From the IMG/VR virus record IMGVR_UViG_2643221642_000002, positions 1 through 64,000 of that record: a DNA stretch of 64,000 nucleotides; one strand, 5' to 3'. The notes under the pieces are model-generated. The model saw nothing but the letters and a program-made list of their open reading frames with translations, ran no database searches and was not told the origin of the DNA. Numbering within the stretch: the first letter of the stretch is position 1; each line of letters begins with the position of its first letter. This stretch comes from a virus. Positions 16,774-25,358 of this stretch are shown piece by piece. Both the position numbers and the translations under genes were made by a program.

Positions 16774-17415
16774 ATGGCCAACCGGAATCCGTTGCAGGTG
16801 TTCTACGACAAGGTCGTCGAACTCTTCGCTGAACGCGACGAGATCAATCAGCGGATCGCTGAGACGAAAGCCGCCGCTGCCAAGCGCGGGTTCTCGAAGA
16901 AGGTGCTCAACAACGTGCTGCGACGCGCGAAGTTGACGCCCGAACAGCGCGAGGAAGAAGACGCGCTGACCCAGATCTACGAAGGCGCCCTGGGAATGTT
17001 GGGCGGAACGCCTCTCGGCGAGGCCGCTCTGCGCCGACTTTCCGAGGAGCGCAAGCGCCGGCCGGAAGGCGGTGACGATGAAGACTCCGAGCTGCCGTTC
17101 AGCGACGACGACGAACAGGAGCCGCCCGGCGGCGCCAGCGGTGACGTCGTTGCGGACGATCCCGTCGTCGAGGACAGCCAGGATGAGGCCCGAGCGAAGG
17201 GCGCGGCCGCCGCTCAGTCCGGTCAGCCGGTCCTGGCCAACCCCTACAAGCCGCGCACCAAGCAGCGCGGGTGGTGGGACGAGGCGTGGTGCCAGGCCAG
17301 CGGCTCGGACGGCATGGACATCCCCGAGGCCTGGCGTCCGACGCCGAAGCCGAAGAAGGGCGGGCCGAAGCCCGAGGGCGAAGGTGGCGAGGGCTCGGAA
17401 GGCGGTGACGCGTGA
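16774..17415 (+). CDS. GapR-like (DUF2312) DNA-binding protein fused to an acidic linker and a C-terminal RMF-like motif
   Basis: N-terminus: LQVFYDKVVELFAERDEINQRIAETKAAAAKRGFSKKVLNNVLRRAKLTPEQREEEDALTQIYEGALGM aligns to the GapR/DUF2312 core (…IKEVYAEAKGNGFDVKAMRTIIKLRK…EEEAVLETYMAALGM). C-terminus: NPYKPRTKQRGWWDEAWCQA resembles the ribosome modulation factor signature (CPYQTLNQRSQWLGGWREA). Confidence 0.7.
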   Translation: MANRNPLQVFYDKVVELFAERDEINQRIAETKAAAAKRGFSKKVLNNVLRRAKLTPEQREEEDALTQIYEGALGMLGGTPLGEAALRRLSEERKRRPEGGDDEDSELPFSDDDEQEPPGGASGDVVADDPVVEDSQDEARAKGAAAAQSGQPVLANPYKPRTKQRGWWDEAWCQASGSDGMDIPEAWRPTPKPKKGGPKPEGEGGEGSEGGDA

Positions 17416-18353
17416 GCCGCGAAAACCGCACCATGAAGCCGACGCCGTTGAGCGACCTGCTGAAGCCCCCGTCGCTGGACGCCAAGCTTGAAGCGCTGAA
17501 GCAGTACGGCGACCTGCGGATGCCCGACGAAAGCGAGCCACCGATCCTGAACCCGCCGGTCCGCGAAGCCCTGCACCAGTTGATGCTGGAGCTTTCGACC
17601 CCGCCCGAAGAACTGGCGTTGGTTGGAGTGAAGGCACGCCTGCGCGGGATCTTCGACGGCCCGCCGGGCACCGGTAAGACGACGTTGATGCACCACATCG
17701 CCGCCCGCTTGGGTCTGCCGATGCTGGTCGTTGAGGCGGCCAATGTGGCGTCGAAATACGTCAACCAGTCGGCCGAACAGGTCGCGAAACTCTTCGCCTT
17801 GGCCCGTGAAGTCGACGTCGTGCTGTTCCTGGATGAGCTGGACGCCCTGGCGACCAATCGGTCCGACAACAGCGGCTCGGTCGGCCAAGAGGGCAACAAG
17901 GTCGTCATCGCCCTGCTGCAAATGCTGGACCGGCACGACGGGATGGTGTTCGCCGCGACCAATCGGCGCGATATCATCGACCCGGCCATTTGGCGGCGCT
18001 TCCAGGTCCAGATGACCGTGGACCTGCCTGAGCCCGAGCAGCGCTTCGCGATCGTGAAGCGCTACAGCAAGCCGCTCGACATCGACGACGAGACGATCGG
18101 CCGGATCTCGGCGGTGCTCGAGGGCGCGTCACCCGCGCTGATCAAGAACGTCATGGAGAGCGTCCGCCGCGACCAGATCATCGGTCCGAAGCTGAAGCAG
18201 GACATGTCGATCGTCGCGGTGTTTCGCCGGATTGCCGCCTCGTCGGCGCCGGCGGACGAGGGCGACCAGCCCCCGCTCTGGGCCCGGCCAGAGTCCGCTC
18301 TGGCTTATCTGGCCGACGCGCCCTGGCCGCCCGCTCTGCCGAAGGCCGCCTGA
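17412..18353 (+). CDS. AAA+ ATPase
   Basis: Walker A GPPGTGKTT, Walker B VVLFLDELDA, sensor-1 AATNR; GTGA overlap with the upstream stop. Confidence 0.75.
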   Translation: MSRENRTMKPTPLSDLLKPPSLDAKLEALKQYGDLRMPDESEPPILNPPVREALHQLMLELSTPPEELALVGVKARLRGIFDGPPGTGKTTLMHHIAARLGLPMLVVEAANVASKYVNQSAEQVAKLFALAREVDVVLFLDELDALATNRSDNSGSVGQEGNKVVIALLQMLDRHDGMVFAATNRRDIIDPAIWRRFQVQMTVDLPEPEQRFAIVKRYSKPLDIDDETIGRISAVLEGASPALIKNVMESVRRDQIIGPKLKQDMSIVAVFRRIAASSAPADEGDQPPLWARPESALAYLADAPWPPALPKAA

Positions 18354-18796
18354 TGCGCGTGCCGGCGTCCCATCCCCTGGCGCAGCAGGCGCTGGCTCAG
18401 CTGCGGGGCGGTCCCAAGGATCGCCGCGGCGACCGCGCGTTCGCGCTGATCGCGGGGGAGAAGACGCCGGCGCCCAAGCGCAAGAACAAGTACGGCGCGG
18501 TCCGGACCAAGTTCGACGGCATCTGGTTCGACTCCGCGCACGAGGCCCGGCGCTGGGGCGTCCTGAAGCTGATGGTGCGCGCCGGCGAGATCGACCAGCT
18601 GGAGCGCCAGGTGGTTTTCGAGCTGGGCGGTGACCCGCTGATCACCTATCGCGCCGACTTCCGCTACCGCGTGATCGCCACCGGCGCGGTGGTCGTCGAG
18701 GACGCCAAGTCCGAGGCCACGGCCCGCGAGAAATCCTACCGGCTGAAGAAGAGCCTGATGGCCAGCATCCACAACATCAAGATCAAGGAGGTCTGA
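18353..18796 (+). CDS. DUF1064 family phage protein
   Basis: …NKYGAVRTKFDGIWFDSAHEARRWGVLKLMVRAGEIDQLERQVVFEL…YRADFRYRV…VVEDAKS…YRLKKSLM matches the DUF1064 pattern. Confidence 0.65.
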   Translation: MRVPASHPLAQQALAQLRGGPKDRRGDRAFALIAGEKTPAPKRKNKYGAVRTKFDGIWFDSAHEARRWGVLKLMVRAGEIDQLERQVVFELGGDPLITYRADFRYRVIATGAVVVEDAKSEATAREKSYRLKKSLMASIHNIKIKEV

Positions 18797-18797
18797 C

Positions 18798-19493
18798 GTG
18801 GCCGGTTTCCCGTGGACCGACGAAAACAAGCTTCTGGCCGCCGACTGGTTCGTCAAGGATGAGCTGTCGTGCTCGCAGATCGCCAGGAAGCTGTCCGAAA
18901 AATACAAGCATTCTGTCACGCGCAACGCCGTGATCGGCATGCTGTCGCGTAGGGGCATCACGACCGATAGCCGCGCGGCCAAGCCCGAGAAGCCCCGGAC
19001 CTTCAGCCGATCGGTACCTGTCGCGCCTCGGCCGCCGCCGGCCCAGGCCAGTCTCGGCCCCAAGACCTATCCGGGCGGCCCCCGCGCGGTGCTGACGCCC
19101 GAAGCGGCGGCGCCTGACGTCGTTCCCATCGGCAAGCCACCCCTGCCCATGCCGCCGCCAGAACTGGTCGTGGTCGGCCAGGCGGTGCTGCTGGTGGACT
19201 TCGTGCGTGGCGATGACGGAGTCCTGGTCGATCGCGGCCTGAAGGCCTCGTGCTGCAAGTACCCGGTCGGCCCGACTCCGCCGATCGGCGAGATGCACCT
19301 GCAGCTTTTCTGCGCCGCGGGCACCGGCGACCCGATGCGGCCGTATTGCGACTGCCACGAGCGCGTCGCCTGGAAGCCGTCGAACCCCGCCAGCAAGGCC
19401 AAGGTCATCAAGGCGGCCATCGGCGCCGCACACCGCGACATGGTGGCCCGGAACCGCGTGCGCGGCCCGAACAGCTCGCGCGCCGTGATCTAG
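18798..19493 (+). CDS. GcrA-like cell-cycle regulator family protein
   Basis: N-terminus WTDENKLLAADWFVKDELSCSQIARKL…SVTRNAVIGMLSRRG, and C-terminal Cys/His module CCKYPVGPTPPIGEMHLQLFCAAGTGDPMRPYCDCHERVAWKP, as in GcrA (PF07750). Confidence 0.75.
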   Translation: MAGFPWTDENKLLAADWFVKDELSCSQIARKLSEKYKHSVTRNAVIGMLSRRGITTDSRAAKPEKPRTFSRSVPVAPRPPPAQASLGPKTYPGGPRAVLTPEAAAPDVVPIGKPPLPMPPPELVVVGQAVLLVDFVRGDDGVLVDRGLKASCCKYPVGPTPPIGEMHLQLFCAAGTGDPMRPYCDCHERVAWKPSNPASKAKVIKAAIGAAHRDMVARNRVRGPNSSRAVI

Positions 19494-19508
19494 GCGATGG
19501 AGGGGGCG

Positions 19509-19793
19509 ATGACCGAGACCACCAAGAAAATCTCCTGGTTGATCCCGACGGAAGCGGCTCGGGCCCTGGCCATGTCGCCGGGGATCGAAGCGATCGTCGC
19601 CCTCGAGCTGCGCCGCCGCGCGACCTTCCGTCCGCACGCCGAGCTGTCGCTGAACGAGACCGGGTTCTCGGCCGACCTCCAGTACGACGATCCGGCCTAT
19701 CCCGGCCAGGTGCTGCACCTGGCGGTCCAGCTGTCGGCCGTGCCGAAAGAGAACGCCTTCATGCAGCCCCGCATGGAAGGGGTGCGGACGTGA
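19509..19793 (+). CDS. Hypothetical protein
   Basis: 94 aa from the second ATG (GGAGG SD 5 nt upstream). Confidence 0.45.
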   Translation: MTETTKKISWLIPTEAARALAMSPGIEAIVALELRRRATFRPHAELSLNETGFSADLQYDDPAYPGQVLHLAVQLSAVPKENAFMQPRMEGVRT

Positions 19794-20005
19794 TCGGATC
19801 GACAGCAGAGCAAGCCGGCTACATCGCCGCCGCCGCCGTAGACAAGGCGTCTCAGAAGTTCGGGGTCGAGGTGGCGAAATCGCTCGCGATCGCGTTCTTG
19901 TGCGCCTGGGCGGTCGCATTGAAGCGCCTGCTCGGCCCGAAAGCCGCGAGCGAGATTGTCTACCAGGTCGCCGACCAGGTGGCGGCGCCGGAGGAAGACG
20001 TTTGA
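19790..20005 (+). CDS. Hypothetical small protein (GTG start)
   Basis: 71 aa; GTGA overlap upstream and TTGA overlap downstream. Confidence 0.35.
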   Translation: MIGSTAEQAGYIAAAAVDKASQKFGVEVAKSLAIAFLCAWAVALKRLLGPKAASEIVYQVADQVAAPEEDV

Positions 20006-21117
20006 CCGTCTCCATCCTCGTCGGCGACTGCCTGGCCCAGCTGCGCGCCCTACCCAGCAACAGCGTTCACACCTGCATCTGCAGCCCGCCGTATTTCCGG
20101 CTGCGCGACTACGACGTCAAAGGCCAGATCGGGCTGGAGAGGACGCCGGCCGCCTACATCAAGAAGCTGGTCGCGGTGTTCCGCGAAGTCCGCCGGGTCC
20201 TGCGCAAGGACGGCACGCTGTGGGTCAACATCGGCGACAGCTACGTCTCGGTCGGCGGAACAGCGGGCCGCCAAACCGGACAGAAGTTCGCCGATCGGCG
20301 TCGCGGCAAGGAAGACATCTGCAAGGGGGCGCGGATCAAGACTGCATCGCGGAAAGGCGCGGGGTTGAAGCCCAAGGATTTGATCGGCATCCCGTGGATG
20401 CTGGCTTTCGCACTGCGTGAGGATGGATGGTTCCTGCGCCAAGACATCATCTGGAACAAGCCGAACCCCATGCCCGAGAGCGTGGAGGATCGCTGCACCA
20501 AGTCGCACGAGTACATTTTCCTGCTGAGCAAGTCTCGCCGGTACTACTTCGACGCGGGTGCGATCGCTGAACCGATCACGACCGATCCGAAGGAGCGCTA
20601 CGAACAGCGCGCGAGGGTGACCGGTCGGGGAGAACAGGCAGCCGCGGCAGCCCGGGGTCAGGATCGGGACAAGTCAGGTGGCTTTCCGCCAAGGCGCCGC
20701 TCAGGAAACCTGGCAAGGAAACCCGGTGCCGCACGTGGTTGTCCGGACGGAACTGGGGCCAATGTCTGCGGCTCTATTCCTTGGGAGGGGTCTGAGCGGA
20801 ACAAGCGTTCGGTGTGGACCGTGGCTTCAAAGCCTCTGAAGGTCGCGCACTTCGCGGCCTATCCGCCTGAGTTGATCACCCCATGCGTGTTGGCGGGAAG
20901 TCCACGGGGGGGGGTAGTACTCGACCCGTTCGGCGGGGCCGGCACGACAGCGCTGGTCGCCGAACGGCTGGGGCGCGACTCCATCCTGATCGAACTCAAT
21001 CCCGACTACGCGGCCATGGCCCAGCGTCGTCTGAAGAACGAGCTGGCGATGGTGTCTGGGGCGGACGACCGGCGCGGCCTCGAGCCGCTGCCGTTGTTCG
21101 ACGGGGCTGCCGCATGA
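20002..21117 (+). CDS. Beta-class DNA methyltransferase (N6-adenine or N4-cytosine; SPPY motif)
   Basis: N-terminal motif IV …VHTCICSPPYF…; C-terminal motif I VLDPFGGAGTTALVA. This is the beta-class (CcrM/HinfI-type) motif order. S-P-P-Y is the variant usually seen in N4-cytosine enzymes. TTG start with a GGAGGA SD. Confidence 0.75.
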   Translation: MTVSILVGDCLAQLRALPSNSVHTCICSPPYFRLRDYDVKGQIGLERTPAAYIKKLVAVFREVRRVLRKDGTLWVNIGDSYVSVGGTAGRQTGQKFADRRRGKEDICKGARIKTASRKGAGLKPKDLIGIPWMLAFALREDGWFLRQDIIWNKPNPMPESVEDRCTKSHEYIFLLSKSRRYYFDAGAIAEPITTDPKERYEQRARVTGRGEQAAAAARGQDRDKSGGFPPRRRSGNLARKPGAARGCPDGTGANVCGSIPWEGSERNKRSVWTVASKPLKVAHFAAYPPELITPCVLAGSPRGGVVLDPFGGAGTTALVAERLGRDSILIELNPDYAAMAQRRLKNELAMVSGADDRRGLEPLPLFDGAAA

Positions 21118-21635
21118 CGGTCCAGCCCTTCCTGATCGGCGAAGGCTGGATGGAGATGAAAGATGGCGACGCATCGTGCCGCGCCATCTTCGACCGCCAC
21201 TACAGCCGCTACGTCTATGCAGACGGCCGCCGACCGAAGCTGATCGTTGGCCCTGGCGAGAAGCTGGTTCTGATGACCGCCGACGGTGGGGCTCTGTGTG
21301 CCTGGCGCAAGTTCATCAACGACGCCGGTCAGGAAGGGGTGAATTGCGCCATCTTCCGGCGAGAGGGCGGCGACGTCGCCTCCGCGATGCTGACCTCGGC
21401 GATGGACCTGGCCTGGGATCGCTGGCCGGGCGAGCGGTTCTACACCTATGTCGATCCACGCGGCGTCGCGCCTACGATCAGAGCCTCGCGCCCGACATGG
21501 GGCCACTGCTTCTACCAGGCAGGCTGGCGGTTTGCCGGCTTGACCAAAAAGCGCCTGCACATCCTGGAAGTCCCCACGGCCGAAACTCGCGCTGCCGAGG
21601 CCGCTGCAGAAAAAGCGCAGCGGGAGGCCGCATGA
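21114..21635 (+). CDS. Hypothetical protein co-transcribed with the methyltransferase
   Basis: 173-aa ORF; ATGA overlaps on both sides. Confidence 0.5.
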   Translation: MTVQPFLIGEGWMEMKDGDASCRAIFDRHYSRYVYADGRRPKLIVGPGEKLVLMTADGGALCAWRKFINDAGQEGVNCAIFRREGGDVASAMLTSAMDLAWDRWPGERFYTYVDPRGVAPTIRASRPTWGHCFYQAGWRFAGLTKKRLHILEVPTAETRAAEAAAEKAQREAA

Positions 21636-23236
21636 GCCGCTTCGACGACCACTTTATCGACGAGCTGAAGGCCCGGCTGCGGCCCTCGGACGTGATCGGC
21701 AAGACGGTGAAGCTGCGCCGCGCCGGGCGCGAGTATTCCGGTCTGTCGCCCTTCACCAAGGAGAAGAGCCCGTCGTTCTTCGTCAACGACGAGAAGGGCT
21801 TCTACCACTGCTTCTCCAGCGGCAAGCACGGCGACATCATCGAGTTTCTGGTCGAGACCGAGCGCCTGTCGTTCCCGGAGGCGGTCGAGCGCCTGGCCGC
21901 CGAGGCGGGCATGGCCTTGCCGGCGGCCGACCCGCAAGCGGCCGAGATGGACCGGCGCCGCGCGAGCCTGACCGACTGGCTGGATCTGGCCACCACCTGG
22001 TTCGAGGCGCAGTTGCGCCGGCCGGTGGGGCAGGGCGCCCGAGCCTATCTCGAGGGGCGCGGCCTGCCCGAGAGCGAGTGGTCGCGCTTCAAGATCGGCT
22101 ATGCCCCGGAAGGCCGCACGGCCCTGAAGGACTATCTGGTCGCCAAGGGCGCTCGCCCGGGCGAGCTGGTCGCCGCGGGGATCCTGGTCGACGAGGAGAA
22201 CGGCACGGCGCCGTTCGACCGCTTCCGCGACCGGATCATCTTCCCGATCACCGATGCGCGCGGGAAGATCATCTCGTTCGGCGGCCGGGCCCTGAACCCG
22301 TCGGCGAAGGCCAAGTACCTGAACGGGCCGGAGACGGTGCTGTTCGACAAGGGTCGCACGCTCTACGGCCTGTTCGAGGCCCGGCGGATTCAACACGCCG
22401 GCGGCGTCGACGCCGACCTAGCGGTGGTCGAGGGCTATATGGATGTGATCGCCTGCCAGCGGGCGGGGATCGCGGCCGTCGCGCCGATGGGCACGGCGCT
22501 GACCGAGGGCCAGATGCTGGCGCTGTGGCGCTTCCATCACGAGCCGACCCTGTGCTTCGACGGCGACGCCGCCGGCCAGCGCGCCGCCTGGCGCGCGATC
22601 GAACGGGCGCTGCCGCTCCTGGAGCCGCGGCGGACGTTCAAGTTCACCCTGCCCGTGGGCGGCAAGGACCCCGACGATGTGCTGCGCGAGCAGGGCGTGG
22701 CCGCGCTTGTCGCCCAACTTCGCCAGACGCGGCCGCTGGTCGAGCTGCTGTTCGAACACGAGCGCGCCGTCGACGCCTTGGCGACGCCGGAGCAGCGCGC
22801 CGGCCTGCGCGGGCGCCTTCGCCTCGCCGCGCGGACCATCCAGCACGCGGACCTCTCCAGCGCCTACATGCGCGACCTGATGGGCCGCTATGACGCCCAG
22901 TTCCAGGATCTGCGCCGGGGCCAAGGCCCGCGCGGGCGTTGGGCGGCGCCGAAGGCCGGCGCCACGCCCGAGCTGAAGGTCGCCGCGTCCACCCTGGCGA
23001 GCGGTCGGCCGACCATCGACACGATCCTGGCCAAGTCCGAGGTCTCGCCGGCGGAGTCGGCGCTGTTCGACCTGCTGACCGAGCAGGAAGACGTCGATCG
23101 CCGCATCGCTGACGCCCGCGCGCGCCTGGCCGAGCCCGGCGCGCTGGACGAGCTGGTGGCGCTGAAGGCCGAGCGCGGGCGCGTGGCCGAGGCCGTGAAG
23201 GCCGCGAGATTTCAAGATCAGGGAGCAGCCGCATGA
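21632..23236 (+). CDS. dnaG: DNA primase DnaG-like
   Basis: N-terminal CHC2-type zinc-finger region (…SPFTKEKSPSFFVNDEKGFYHCFSSGKHGDIIEF…) followed by a TOPRIM core (…VVEGYMDVIA…FDGDAAGQRAA…). The zinc-finger ligands look partly substituted. Confidence 0.8.
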   Translation: MSRFDDHFIDELKARLRPSDVIGKTVKLRRAGREYSGLSPFTKEKSPSFFVNDEKGFYHCFSSGKHGDIIEFLVETERLSFPEAVERLAAEAGMALPAADPQAAEMDRRRASLTDWLDLATTWFEAQLRRPVGQGARAYLEGRGLPESEWSRFKIGYAPEGRTALKDYLVAKGARPGELVAAGILVDEENGTAPFDRFRDRIIFPITDARGKIISFGGRALNPSAKAKYLNGPETVLFDKGRTLYGLFEARRIQHAGGVDADLAVVEGYMDVIACQRAGIAAVAPMGTALTEGQMLALWRFHHEPTLCFDGDAAGQRAAWRAIERALPLLEPRRTFKFTLPVGGKDPDDVLREQGVAALVAQLRQTRPLVELLFEHERAVDALATPEQRAGLRGRLRLAARTIQHADLSSAYMRDLMGRYDAQFQDLRRGQGPRGRWAAPKAGATPELKVAASTLASGRPTIDTILAKSEVSPAESALFDLLTEQEDVDRRIADARARLAEPGALDELVALKAERGRVAEAVKAARFQDQGAAA

Positions 23237-23901
23237 TCTTCTCGGATGCGGAAGAACGCGTGCGCGCCGCGACGGTAGCCATGCTGCGGGCCGAGTTCCC
23301 AGCCGCCAGGATCATTCACGAGCTGGAGATCGGCGGCGCCAGGCTGGATGTCGCCGCGATCGACCACGACCGGATCGTGGTCTGCGAGATCAAGTCCGAG
23401 AAGGACAGCCTGAAGCGGCTGGCGCATCAGTCAAAATTCGCGCTGTCGGTCAGCGACGACTACCGCGTGATCTGTACGTCGAAGCACGTCGACCAGATCC
23501 TGGGCTTCCGCGAAATCTACGTGACGGTCGATGGGCGCCAAGTCGTCAACAAGAACTTCAATGAGCACTTGCGCGCTGCGACGGTCTGGCTTGAGAGCGG
23601 CGGCCAGCTCCAGAAGGTGAGCAAACCGCTGAAGTGGTACGGCCGCCGCCGCATCCTGGCCGAGTCCGTCCTGAGCCTGATGCACGTCCATGAGGTGAAG
23701 GCGGCGTTGCGGCATCTGGGCGCCAAGTCGCGCTGGACCGGCTCCGACCTTTGCACCTTCGCGATGGAGCACATGTCGGGTGGCGATATTCGGCGCCTGG
23801 TCTGCGCCAGCCTCCGCGCCCGCCGGTTCGCGCGCGCTGACGACCCCTTCACCATCGGAGAAGTGTCGATGAGTTTCAGTACTGCCGTCGTCCATGGCTG
23901 A
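23233..23901 (+). CDS. MmcB-like PD-(D/E)XK nuclease family protein
   Basis: …RIIHELEIGGARLDVAAIDHDRIVVCEIKSEKDS… matches the E…D…E-I-K core of MmcB/DUF1052. Confidence 0.55.
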   Translation: MIFSDAEERVRAATVAMLRAEFPAARIIHELEIGGARLDVAAIDHDRIVVCEIKSEKDSLKRLAHQSKFALSVSDDYRVICTSKHVDQILGFREIYVTVDGRQVVNKNFNEHLRAATVWLESGGQLQKVSKPLKWYGRRRILAESVLSLMHVHEVKAALRHLGAKSRWTGSDLCTFAMEHMSGGDIRRLVCASLRARRFARADDPFTIGEVSMSFSTAVVHG

Positions 23902-25348
23902 CGGCTCGCAATCCTTCCCCGCGGCGGTCCTGCCGCACAACGTCCAGACCGAGATGGCCCTGGTGGGCATGCTGCTGGCCGACAACCAGGCGGTCGAGCG
24001 GATCGACTGGCTGACGCCCGCAGCATTCCACGACCCGTTCCTGGAGCGCCTGTTCACCCGCGTGGTCACGACGATCCGCAAGGGTGAACTGGTCGAGCCC
24101 CGCCTGGCCCACGACTGGCTGGTCGGCGATCCCGCGTACGAGGAGCTGGGCGGCCTGGCCTATCTGGCCCAGCTGGTCGAGTTCGCCCCGCCGGCGTCGA
24201 TGGTGGTCAGCTATGCCCGTCAGTTGCGCACCCTGCTGCGCCGCCGGGAGATGATCCGGATCGGCAACGAGATGGTGCTGGCCGCTGGCCAGGCGATCGA
24301 CGAGGACGAGGTCGACGGGGAGCTGGAGCGGGCCCAGCAGGGGCTCTACAACCTCGCCGAACACGGCGACGTGCGCGGCGGCTACGTGGCCTTTGGCGAC
24401 GCTCTGCGCGGCGCTGTCGAGATGGTGGCCAAGGCCTACGGCAGCGCCGGCGGGGTGGTGGGCGTTTCGACCGGGCTGTCGGACATCGACCAGAAGCTGG
24501 GCGGCATGCACCCGTCCGACCTGATCGTCCTGGCCGGCCGCCCGTCGATGGGCAAGACGGCCCTGGCCACCAACATCGCGTTCAACGTCGCCAAGCGCTA
24601 CGCCTACGAGGTGCAGCCGGACGGCTCGCGCAAGACTATCCAGGGCGGCGTGGTCGCCTTCTACTCCCTGGAAATGAGCGCCGAGCAGCTGGCCCTGCGG
24701 ATGCTGGCCGACGCGTCCGGCGTTTCGGGTGATCGCCTCCGGAAGGGTGAGATCAACGCCAGCGAGTTCGGGCGGGTCCGCGACGCGGCCATGGAGATCC
24801 AGGAAGCGCCGCTCTACATCGACGCGACCGGCGGCCTTTCCATCGCGAAGCTGTGCGCCCGGGCGCGCCGGCTCAAGCGCCAGGTCGGCCTGGACCTCGT
24901 CGTGGTCGACTACCTGCAGCTGGTCACGGGAACGGACCTGGGCCCCAACAGCAATCGGGTGCAGGAAGTCAGCCAGATCACCATGGCCTTGAAGGCGCTG
25001 GCCAAGGAACTTGGCTGCCCGGTGATCGCGCTTTCGCAACTGTCGCGGATGGTCGAGCAGCGCGCCGACAAGCGGCCGATGCTGTCGGACCTGCGGGAGT
25101 CGGGGTCGATCGAGCAGGACGCCGACATCGTCGCGTTCGTCTACCGCGAGGCCTACTACGCCGAACGCACCGAGCCGCGCGAGGGCACCCCTGAACACCT
25201 CGAGTGGCAGCGGCTGATGGAGGAGGTGATCGGCCTTGCCGAGGTGATCATCGCCAAGCAACGGCACGGTCCGATCGGCACCGTCAAGCTGGCCTTCGAC
25301 GCCGACACGACGAAGTTCTCAGACATTCAGAACAGACGCCACCAGTAG
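23894..25348 (+). CDS. dnaB: Replicative DNA helicase DnaB
   Basis: Walker A GRPSMGKTA, Walker B LDLVVVDYLQL, and a RecA-like C-terminal domain (…LSQLSR…SDLRESGSIEQDADIV…). Confidence 0.9.
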   Translation: MADGSQSFPAAVLPHNVQTEMALVGMLLADNQAVERIDWLTPAAFHDPFLERLFTRVVTTIRKGELVEPRLAHDWLVGDPAYEELGGLAYLAQLVEFAPPASMVVSYARQLRTLLRRREMIRIGNEMVLAAGQAIDEDEVDGELERAQQGLYNLAEHGDVRGGYVAFGDALRGAVEMVAKAYGSAGGVVGVSTGLSDIDQKLGGMHPSDLIVLAGRPSMGKTALATNIAFNVAKRYAYEVQPDGSRKTIQGGVVAFYSLEMSAEQLALRMLADASGVSGDRLRKGEINASEFGRVRDAAMEIQEAPLYIDATGGLSIAKLCARARRLKRQVGLDLVVVDYLQLVTGTDLGPNSNRVQEVSQITMALKALAKELGCPVIALSQLSRMVEQRADKRPMLSDLRESGSIEQDADIVAFVYREAYYAERTEPREGTPEHLEWQRLMEEVIGLAEVIIAKQRHGPIGTVKLAFDADTTKFSDIQNRRHQ

Positions 25349-25358
25349 CGGGATCACG

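Noticed and set aside
23876-25267. 463-aa minus-strand ORF inside dnaB (and similar long antisense ORFs at 33922-35472, 39752-41134, 44068-45702, 46026-48056, 14867-15889)
   Set aside because: They lie antisense to genes with clear conserved-domain content, have out-of-frame-like composition, and are the usual shadow ORFs of a ~67% GC genome.
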